A DNA stretch of 64,000 nt. Origin: a virus. Taxonomy: Duplodnaviria; Caudoviricetes. Positions 57,273 through 64,000 of this stretch are shown here, piece after piece (positions within the stretch are counted from its first letter, which is position 1; each line of letters starts with the position of its first letter). Below the pieces are notes generated by a model that saw nothing but the letters and a program-made list of their open reading frames with translations, made no database searches and had not been told where the DNA came from. The DNA is taken from positions 11,719 to 75,718 of IMG/VR virus record IMGVR_UViG_2744054709_000002. The stretch is one strand, 5' to 3'. The position numbers and the translations under genes were made by a program.

Positions 57273-58283
57273 CTATGCGGAGCTTGTCGGCTTATCCAGC
57301 ACCACGATCCGGGTGCTGATCATCGTGCCCGCCGCCTTGAACATGCCATCGTCTATATCCGCCAGATCGACCATGCGTTCGGCCGTATCGACCGGGGTAG
57401 GGTAGAAATCCTCCGACCATGTATCCTTGCGCCCGGCGGTCGGGTCCGCCTTTCGCCTGGCACCTGCGGCATCCGGTCCGGCACCAATCGTCTCACCGTA
57501 AAATTCAGCGATAATCCTGTTGGCCTTTTCCACGAGGTCGGGCCGGAGGAAATAGAACTGCGCATTGCCGTTCTTGAAGAACTTCACCCGGAAATAGTCG
57601 GTCTCGACAGTGCCAGCACCGGGAGAGAAGGAAGAAGACGTCTGTATAGCTGCTGCCAGCGCGCCACGCAGACCTTCATTATAGCTGGTGGGTGGCTCCC
57701 GGCCGTCCAGGACATAGAAAATCCGGTCCAGATCACGAATTGAATCGTCCCGGTAGGAGTTAAGCAACCCGTAGGAGGTCTGGACGCCGGTCATGACGAT
57801 CCGCTTGGCCAGCCGGAACCCGTTGTTGGACCGGTATTCCCGGCAGAGCCCCCGGAATACCTCAACCAGACCACGCCGGAAAATCATGTCGGACTCTGCA
57901 AACAGCCCTTCCATCGTGACCCGCAGGTTGTCGGGACTGGCCTCCGGCGGCACGCCCTCCATGTCTTTTTCGAACTGGGCGCGTGCGGTTGCGTCCATCA
58001 TGCCCCACAGTGGGGTGCCGATCACGAATGACCGCCACATGGCCCGGTCCACCTCGATGCGGACCTGCTCTGGTAAGCACTTGTTGTCCGACCAGCCTTT
58101 CAGGGATCGTTCGATCACCTGGTCGATCTTACTGCCCACGGCATTTGTGCCCACGCAGGCGCCCTGCATGTCCGCACGCGCCTGCCGGATCTGTTCCACG
58201 CCAGACAGAAAGCCTTGGATCGCCTTCGCCCGGTTCGCGCACAGCTCATCGACAGAGGCCTTGATGGCAAGTTGTTGGGTCAT
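57273..58283 (-). CDS. DUF4942-like protein with remnant methyltransferase tail
   Basis: IFRRGLVEVFR.L..Y.SN, DLDRIF..LDG, YFRVKFFKNGN; C-terminal FYPTP then F..AGT. Confidence 0.8.
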   Translation of the reverse strand: MTQQLAIKASVDELCANRAKAIQGFLSGVEQIRQARADMQGACVGTNAVGSKIDQVIERSLKGWSDNKCLPEQVRIEVDRAMWRSFVIGTPLWGMMDATARAQFEKDMEGVPPEASPDNLRVTMEGLFAESDMIFRRGLVEVFRGLCREYRSNNGFRLAKRIVMTGVQTSYGLLNSYRDDSIRDLDRIFYVLDGREPPTSYNEGLRGALAAAIQTSSSFSPGAGTVETDYFRVKFFKNGNAQFYFLRPDLVEKANRIIAEFYGETIGAGPDAAGARRKADPTAGRKDTWSEDFYPTPVDTAERMVDLADIDDGMFKAAGTMISTRIVVLDKPTSSA

Positions 58284-58377
58284 TTTCTGCCCCTCTTCGA
58301 TTGTCGGTAATGGGGTGCGGCGATGATTTCCGGAAGAACCGGGGATCAGGGTATTTCCTGTCCGCCGCATACTCATT

Positions 58378-58394
58378 ATATACGTGACGTATAT
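58378..58394. promoter_or_regulatory. palindromic operator overlapping a minus-strand TATAAT
   Basis: ATATACGT-G-ACGTATAT between divergent genes. Confidence 0.55.
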
Positions 58395-58455
58395 TAAAAA
58401 GGCAAGGAAAATAAAACACGTTGCGTTGATTATTATTGGCCCATAGAGTTGAGGA

Positions 58456-58686
58456 ATGGGACGAGCACCGACATCACCGTGGGGACGTCGCGCACGCGAC
58501 GCAGGCCTTGACCAGAAGACACTCGCGGCACTGACTGGCCTTGCGCCGAACTCGGTGTCGCGCGGGTTGCGCGGGGAGTGGGAGAAAGGTGTTCCGGCCT
58601 ATCTCCGGGCAATTATAATCGTCTGGGAGATGCTGGATGAAGGGCAACGCGCGGCGCTTCTTGCCCAGGCTGAAAGGACGAAATGA
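58456..58686 (+). CDS. XRE-type HTH regulator
   Basis: AGLDQKTLAALTGLAPNSVSR. Confidence 0.75.
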   Translation: MGRAPTSPWGRRARDAGLDQKTLAALTGLAPNSVSRGLRGEWEKGVPAYLRAIIIVWEMLDEGQRAALLAQAERTK

Positions 58687-58886
58687 TGCCACCGCAGTAC
58701 AGGGAATGTGATTATTCGATCAGGAAAATAAGACGCAGTTACTGGGAATGGACGGCCTACAACGGGACGGGTGCTGCCGCGAAACCTATTAAAAGCGGAA
58801 GCACGACCGAGAGCGAAGCGCATGCACTGGATCTGATACGGAACCACATTGACCGGTATCTCAAGACGAAACAGATAACCCTTTGA
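58683..58886 (+). CDS. hypothetical protein
   Basis: 67 aa, ATGA overlap. Confidence 0.5.
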   Translation: MMPPQYRECDYSIRKIRRSYWEWTAYNGTGAAAKPIKSGSTTESEAHALDLIRNHIDRYLKTKQITL

Positions 58887-58929
58887 TAAAAACCGGCGAG
58901 AATAACAGTTATCGCCGGTAAACGGCGGA

Positions 58930-58944
58930 TCGTGACGATAGGCT
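58930..58944 (+). promoter_or_regulatory. putative late promoter
   Basis: TCGTGACG-A-TAGGCT. Confidence 0.75.
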
Positions 58945-58982
58945 GGGGCATCCCGTTCCCATCATCGTCATGAGGCCGCATC

Positions 58983-59615
58983 ATGCCCGATCTCGTCAAA
59001 ATCGAAGCCGTGCGCGGCACACGCCGCAATTTTCTCGGCTTCGCGTTCCTGTCCGGCCTGGCCGTCGCCTCCCTTGCGGCGCTGCCCGGGTGCTCGTCCA
59101 GTAAGGATGGCAACGTCACCACCATCACCGTCAACGTGTCCGAGATCGATACCGACGGCACGGCCGCATTGAATATCCTCAAAACCGTTCTCGCGTTCAC
59201 CGGTCTGCCGCTGGCCGTTGCTGATGTCGTGGATGATGCGATCGACGGTGTCGAGGCGGCATTGGCCACCTGGGACAAATATTGCAGCGGCAAGCAGACG
59301 GTCGTTTTTGACGCCACCAGCGTCCCGACGGAAGCGTCCAGCGTGATCGCAGCGCTGCAGAATGCCGCCACGACCATCGGAAACGTCGCGACGTCGGAGG
59401 CGGCCACCCTCGGCACCACCCTGACGTCCAAAATCACCTCCGTATCGTCGGACATCGCGTCGCTTGCGGCGATCGTCTCCAGCATCGTCCGGACAACGGC
59501 GGGACTGTCGCTGGGCGCGCAGGCGAGCACGCTGACCCCGACGCAGGCCCGCATGCTGCAGGTCAACGGCATCCTTGCGCGGCATGGCCTGCCGCCGGTC
59601 GCCGTCAAGGGCTGA
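58983..59615 (+). CDS. twin-arginine (Tat) lipoprotein
   Basis: TRRNFLG, hydrophobic core, LPGC lipobox. Confidence 0.75.
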   Translation: MPDLVKIEAVRGTRRNFLGFAFLSGLAVASLAALPGCSSSKDGNVTTITVNVSEIDTDGTAALNILKTVLAFTGLPLAVADVVDDAIDGVEAALATWDKYCSGKQTVVFDATSVPTEASSVIAALQNAATTIGNVATSEAATLGTTLTSKITSVSSDIASLAAIVSSIVRTTAGLSLGAQASTLTPTQARMLQVNGILARHGLPPVAVKG

Positions 59616-59617
59616 CG

Positions 59618-59710
59618 TTGCTGATCGCCTGCGTCGCGCTGGCGGCGTTCGTCGGGGGTGCCGTATTCGGTGCCGCCGCTTTCATGGTCCTCTCTTCCTG
59701 GTATCTCTGA
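59618..59710 (+). CDS. 30-aa hydrophobic micropeptide
   Basis: TTG start after AAGGG; MLIACVALAAFVGGAVFGAAAFMVLSSWYL fills the intergenic gap. Confidence 0.5.
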   Translation: MLIACVALAAFVGGAVFGAAAFMVLSSWYL

Positions 59711-59711
59711 C

Positions 59712-60716
59712 ATGCTCAAGCCTTCCGACCTGCACGTTGTCTCCGTTTTCTCCAACAACCGGCGCTGGCGCTCGCGTGAGCGTCTGCTGCGCAGGTTCAT
59801 TCCCCATATGCAGGCGTCGGGCGTGACCCTGACGATGGTCGAGCATGTGATGGGCGAGCGCGATTTCGTGCTGGATCCTGATGACCCGGACTTGGCCGGG
59901 GTGCGCCTGTTCCAGGTCCGCGGCGACAGTCGGCAGGAGAACTGGCTGAAGGAAGGGCTGATCCGCTATGGCGTCAGCCGCCTGCCGGCCGACGCGAAGT
60001 ATCTGGCCGTGATCGACGCCGACGTGTTTTTCCAGCGACAGGACTGGGCACTGGCCACGCTCGACATGCTTCAGGTGCATCGCGTGGGGCAGCCCTGGTC
60101 CTATTCCGTTGACCTCGGCCCCGATGAAAACCCGGTCTGCGACGAGCATGGGCGGCAGATGGACCGCTCGTTCTGCGCCGCGTGGGCGGCGGGCGACATC
60201 ATCGTCACCGACGAGGATTACGGCATCGGGCAGTCCAGCGCCCAGTGGCTGCTGGACCCGGAGCGTAAGCGCGACTGGCGGCAGCATTACGGATACGCCT
60301 GGGCGTTCCGTCTGGATGTCTGGAACGATTTCGGCGGCCTGCCCGACTGGCTGGTGACGGGTGCTGCCGATTATATCGCCGCCATGGCGTTCGCGGGGAA
60401 GCTGGATACCTCGGACGCCTACACGTCACCCGCCTGCGCGCGGCGTCTGCGCCATTTTGCCGCGGCCTGCGACCGGGCCGTGCGTCAGGATATCGGCGTC
60501 GTGCCCGGGTTGCTGTCGCATGGATTCCACGGATCGAAGAAAAAGCGGTTTTACCTCGACCGCAAGGACATCCTGCGGGAGGCCAATTTCGATCCGGACG
60601 TGGATATCGGATATGACCGCCACGGGCTGCCATTCCTCGCCAGCGACAATCGCATCCTGCGCGACGGCCTGCGGCGCCTGTCGGTCGCCCGGGATGAAGA
60701 CAGCAACGCGCTGTAG
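59712..60716 (+). CDS. glycosyltransferase-like (GT-A, DxD) protein
   Basis: W.KE.LI..G, YLAVIDADV, GYAWA.R..GGL.D..GAAD, H.FHG. Confidence 0.6.
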   Translation: MLKPSDLHVVSVFSNNRRWRSRERLLRRFIPHMQASGVTLTMVEHVMGERDFVLDPDDPDLAGVRLFQVRGDSRQENWLKEGLIRYGVSRLPADAKYLAVIDADVFFQRQDWALATLDMLQVHRVGQPWSYSVDLGPDENPVCDEHGRQMDRSFCAAWAAGDIIVTDEDYGIGQSSAQWLLDPERKRDWRQHYGYAWAFRLDVWNDFGGLPDWLVTGAADYIAAMAFAGKLDTSDAYTSPACARRLRHFAAACDRAVRQDIGVVPGLLSHGFHGSKKKRFYLDRKDILREANFDPDVDIGYDRHGLPFLASDNRILRDGLRRLSVARDEDSNAL

Positions 60717-60726
60717 GAGGCCGGCC

Positions 60727-60828
60727 ATGAACCCGACGGTCGCCGTCCTTCTCTGGCTCAGTGGCGTCGTGAGCGGCGTTGCTGGCGCGTTCTTCCTTTA
60801 CGCATATCTGGCGAGCAATTCACGATGA
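60727..60828 (+). CDS. 33-aa single-TM micropeptide
   Basis: AGGAGG RBS; MNPTVAVLLWLSGVVSGVAGAFFLYAYLASNSR. Confidence 0.65.
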   Translation: MNPTVAVLLWLSGVVSGVAGAFFLYAYLASNSR

Positions 60829-60884
60829 GCAGTTCTGAAGATCCGGGGGGCTATCTGCTTCGGCAGCGGCTTCGTGACGCATGA
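60825..60884 (+). CDS. 19-aa coupling micro-ORF
   Basis: ATGA overlaps at both ends; MSSSEDPGGYLLRQRLRDA. Confidence 0.4.
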   Translation: MSSSEDPGGYLLRQRLRDA

Positions 60885-61045
60885 CGGTGCAATTTCTGGC
60901 AGCGGTCGGTCTTTTCCTGACCGGCTGCGCATTCTCGCAGGTCGTCGCGTTCGCTCTGGCCGCGTGGCGGGAGCGCGCCCGTGAGCGAAAAATCGACGCC
61001 ACACTGGGTCCTCCTCCGCCTGATCCATCGGATGCCCCACGATGA
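60881..61045 (+). CDS. 54-aa membrane micropeptide
   Basis: ATGA overlaps at both ends; MTVQFLAAVGLFLTGCAFSQVVAFALAAWRERARERK... Confidence 0.55.
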   Translation: MTVQFLAAVGLFLTGCAFSQVVAFALAAWRERARERKIDATLGPPPPDPSDAPR

Positions 61046-61845
61046 TGCTCCGCAAATTTGGCTGCAAGCCGCCAGAGACCCGTGCTGGCCAGCCGACCAT
61101 GGCGGTCATGCGCAGCTTCATGGCCCGCAGGGCGCCAAGCAGTCTGATCCGGTCCCATATTGACCCCGGCGTTCTCATGCTGGGGAACGACACGACGAAT
61201 GACTGTACCAGCGCGGGTATCGGGAATCATATCCGCGCCACGGCGGCGCTCAACCGGTTCCAGGTGGACGTGACCACGGCGCAGGCGCTGACGTTCTACG
61301 GCCGCCACACGGGGTTCGTGCCGGGCAATCCTGCCACGGACACCGGCGCAGTAGAGGTGGACATGCTCACCGCGGCGGCCCGGGACGGATACGACGTGAC
61401 CAACCAGACGCTGTTCCCGATCTGGGGCAGCACGGACCCGCATGACCGCAACGGGCTGTGCAACATCATGGCGGACCTGACGGCTCCATATTTCGGGGTG
61501 CAGTTCGCCGATGCGGATCTGTACGAGGATGAGGCTGGCCAGCTGCCGCCCGTCTGGGACACGCGCACACCGGCCAGATATGGCGATCCCACTCCCAATC
61601 CCCGCAAGGGGCATTGCCTGCTGGGCTGGTCCTATACCGGGATGGCCGACGATGATCTCGTCGAACTGCTGACCTGGGGCGGACAGCAGCGCGCGACGTG
61701 GCGCTGGTTGCGCAGTCGCACAGTAGAGGCGCATGCCCTGGCATGGCGTCAACTGCTGGCCGCCGACAGTCTGCTCCCGCTGTGGGAGGAGTGGCAGAAC
61801 CTGGTAGCGGCCAACGACAACTATCTGCGTGCGGCGGCGGCCTGA
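61042..61845 (+). CDS. papain-like cysteine peptidase candidate
   Basis: MLGND..NDCTSAG (Cys), GHCLLG.SY (His), LTWG. Confidence 0.6.
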   Translation: MMLRKFGCKPPETRAGQPTMAVMRSFMARRAPSSLIRSHIDPGVLMLGNDTTNDCTSAGIGNHIRATAALNRFQVDVTTAQALTFYGRHTGFVPGNPATDTGAVEVDMLTAAARDGYDVTNQTLFPIWGSTDPHDRNGLCNIMADLTAPYFGVQFADADLYEDEAGQLPPVWDTRTPARYGDPTPNPRKGHCLLGWSYTGMADDDLVELLTWGGQQRATWRWLRSRTVEAHALAWRQLLAADSLLPLWEEWQNLVAANDNYLRAAAA

Positions 61846-61923
61846 TGCCGAGGCTTGTACCGGCCCGAGCCTTCCGGTAAGATTCTGCAAGTTCATCCTC
61901 TGGTTCCGTCAGTGGTTGAATCA

Positions 61924-61962
61924 GAAGGCCGCTAGCGTTCCACGCGCTGGCGGCCTTCGTTT
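61924..61962. terminator. terminator between convergent operons
   Basis: GAAGGCCGCTAGCG..CGCTGGCGGCCTTC-GTTT. Confidence 0.7.
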
Positions 61963-62020
61963 AGGCTGTCGTCACGGTATTAAGGGCGCGGGAATGTGCG
62001 TTATCGCCGGTAAACAGGTG

Positions 62021-63292
62021 TCACCATGCATGGACCTGCATGATGTCCTCAAACCGCGTGGTATAGGCAGGTGACAGGAAGGCCTGCCGCGGGCGCCAGT
62101 CCTGCCGCGTGCCGGTCGCCAGCGGGCGCACGGTCCCGCGGCCAAACCGGGCATTGAGGGCGTCCATCGCTGCCATCACGCTTTCGGCGCGTTGTGGATC
62201 GCGGGTTGAGAACAGCGCGCCCTGCCGCGCGGCCGGTGCCAGAGCGTCAAGAATGACGCCAGCCTTGAAATACCGATATCCCGGTTTCCAGATTTTTCGC
62301 AGCAGCCGCAGTGATGCCGCGATCAGCGCCATCGTATCATTGGTCGGCTCGATGCTGATCGATTGCTGGTTGGCATACCATCCCGCCTCGGTCGATGTGC
62401 GGGGGTTGGTCCGTATGAAAACACTGATGCTGCCGGCATGCAGCCGATCGCGTCGGAGTTTGGCTGCGACCGTCGTCGCATATGAAGCGACGGCCTCGCG
62501 CAGATCCGACCAGTTGTCGATCGGCCTGCCGAATGTGCGCGTACAAGCGAGTCCCTGTCGTGGAGCTGCCAGATCCGCCAGGGGGAGGCACGATTGCCCC
62601 TGCAGTTCCGCCTGCACCCGCGCGCCCACGACCGTAAGCAGGTTGCGGACGGCGCGTGTATCCATCTCGACAAAATCCGCGATCGTGTGGATGCCTGCCC
62701 GCCGGAGGCGTTCGGCCCCCTTGTGGCCTATGCCCCACACATCCTCGATGTCAGTCCGGCGGTACCAGTCATGCCGGAGGGCCGTATCATTGAGATCGCA
62801 CAGCCCCTGTAGCGCGGGATCCGCTTTCGCGATGCGGTTGGCCACCTTGGCTATGGTCTTCGTTGGCCCCCAGCCAATGCAGGTCGGAATCTTGGAGATT
62901 TCCAGAACGTCACGCCGCAGGTCCGCGCAGAAGGTGGCCAGATCATATGGGAGCGCCGTGAGGTCGAGGAACATTTCATCGATCGAGTAGGGTTCGACGC
63001 GGGGAACCCGATATTCCAGCACCTGGAACATGCGTCGGCTCATGTCAGCATACAGCGGATAATTGCTCGAGTACCACTGTACGGCGCGGAGTGCTGGGCG
63101 CCTGCGTGCCAGATGCCACGGCTCGCCCATCTTGATGCCCAACTGCTTGGCCTCGGCCGTCCGGGCGATCGCGCACCCGTCGTTGTTGCTTAGAACCACG
63201 ACGGGTGAATGTCTGATGCTGGCGTCAAAGGCCCGCTGGCAGGAACAGTAAAACGAGTTCCCATCGATGAGGCCAAAGACCGGCACATTCAC
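62021..63292 (-). CDS. umuC: Y-family DNA polymerase V catalytic subunit
   Basis: LIDGNSFYCSC, VLSNNDGC, SSNY.LYADMS, YSIDE, LSPAYTT. Confidence 0.95.
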   Translation of the reverse strand: MNVPVFGLIDGNSFYCSCQRAFDASIRHSPVVVLSNNDGCAIARTAEAKQLGIKMGEPWHLARRRPALRAVQWYSSNYPLYADMSRRMFQVLEYRVPRVEPYSIDEMFLDLTALPYDLATFCADLRRDVLEISKIPTCIGWGPTKTIAKVANRIAKADPALQGLCDLNDTALRHDWYRRTDIEDVWGIGHKGAERLRRAGIHTIADFVEMDTRAVRNLLTVVGARVQAELQGQSCLPLADLAAPRQGLACTRTFGRPIDNWSDLREAVASYATTVAAKLRRDRLHAGSISVFIRTNPRTSTEAGWYANQQSISIEPTNDTMALIAASLRLLRKIWKPGYRYFKAGVILDALAPAARQGALFSTRDPQRAESVMAAMDALNARFGRGTVRPLATGTRQDWRPRQAFLSPAYTTRFEDIMQVHAW

Positions 63293-63675
63293 ACCTCGGT
63301 CCGCACCACGGCGCAGACCACGGCCCATATCCCCGCATTCTGGTCTCCGTCCACCGGGCGAAGGGCATCGCCATCGCCCGAGCGGCCCGACCTCAGGAAC
63401 CATCCATCCCGGTTGCGGGTAATCTCGCAGACAATGGTCTGATCCTGCCAGCGTGCGATGACCACGTTGCCCGTACGTGGCGATGCCGCCGTATCCACGA
63501 TCAGCACATCCCCATGCAGGATCCCGCGAGCAGACAGGGCATCTCCTACGACGCGCACCGGATACCGATTGGGGCGATAGAGGTCGAGCACGGCGCCCAG
63601 ATCAATAGGCCCCTCAGCGCTGTCCGCAGCAGGCGATGCAAATCCGGTTGTCCTGTCGCCTGCGTATCCAGACAT
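63289..63675 (-). CDS. umuD: UmuD-like S24 protein, catalytic residues degenerate
   Basis: GFASPAAD, VRV.GD, GI..GD.LIVD; coupled to umuC. Confidence 0.8.
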   Translation of the reverse strand: MSGYAGDRTTGFASPAADSAEGPIDLGAVLDLYRPNRYPVRVVGDALSARGILHGDVLIVDTAASPRTGNVVIARWQDQTIVCEITRNRDGWFLRSGRSGDGDALRPVDGDQNAGIWAVVCAVVRTEV

Positions 63676-63703
63676 AGCATGTTCCCCTTTCATTCGCAGA
63701 ACC

Positions 63704-63718
63704 GAACGTAACATGAAC
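63704..63718. promoter_or_regulatory. alphaproteobacterial LexA (SOS) box
   Basis: GAAC-GTAACAT-GAAC upstream of umuD. Confidence 0.85.
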
Positions 63719-63902
63719 AATATGGAAGAAGTCAAGAGGCCCGATGCGTCCGGAGGTCGAGCGCGGCGCTCGGAGCGACTGGGGCTGCATTACTGTCTCC
63801 CGCTGTCGTCGCATATGAAGCGACGGCCCCATACCGATCGCGGCCATTTTCGCCGCACGGAGAAAATGGTTGTCAGGCGCCCGATGTGCGGGGCGGCCTA
63901 GG

Positions 63903-63917
63903 TCGTGACGATAGGAT
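63903..63917 (+). promoter_or_regulatory. putative late promoter
   Basis: TCGTGACG-A-TAGGAT; downstream AAGGAG RBS and ATG at 63985 (gene runs off the window). Confidence 0.7.
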
Positions 63918-64000
63918 GAACGAGCGAGAATACCATTTATCGCGCGTAAAGCGCGACCTGCCGCATGCGGCCGAAGGAGATATCATGAGCGTCGAACGGA

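Larger units (their letters stand above)
1..64000. mobile_element. phage-plasmid (temperate myovirus with plasmid replicon), partial
   Basis: repA/ori, parA and Cre-like recombinase together with complete head and contractile tail modules; no host housekeeping context. Confidence 0.9.

Noticed and set aside
1-64000. tRNA, rRNA, IS elements, protelomerase
   Set aside because: None recognised by eye; covariance-model and HMM searches would be needed to exclude them

Overview
The window is a large part of a GC-rich temperate myovirus-type phage-plasmid with a P1-like lifestyle. The host is probably an alphaproteobacterium, judged from a perfect GAAC-N7-GAAC SOS box. Plasmid maintenance functions are RepA with iterons, an AT-rich stretch and a DnaA box, ParA with a small partner, a Cre-like recombinase and two toxin-antitoxin pairs. 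Virion functions are terminase, portal, MuF-like protein, protease, scaffold, capsid, neck, contractile tail, baseplate and fibre. A CI/Cro switch precedes a lytic replication operon with its own beta clamp, a C5 methyltransferase and a PAPS-reductase-like gene, and umuDC lies at the right end. The most notable unannotated signals are five. (1) A TCGTGACG-N-YAnnnT motif occurs at 8 sites upstream of late genes and places ATG at the predicted +1 in 5 cases, suggesting a leaderless late regulon. (2) A shared hydrophobic-x-K|A/S motif occurs on head proteins and on three enzymes (zeta kinase, pyrophosphatase-like protein, SF2 helicase), suggesting protease-processed capsid cargo. (3) A hidden 56-aa gene is nested in the zeta toxin tail. 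(4) A late operon encodes a Tat lipoprotein, a glycosyltransferase-like protein, a papain-like peptidase and four tightly packed micro-ORFs. (5) Seven (WGCW)n palindromes are dispersed, next to parA and to late promoters. All family calls come from motif recognition by eye; no database searches were run.
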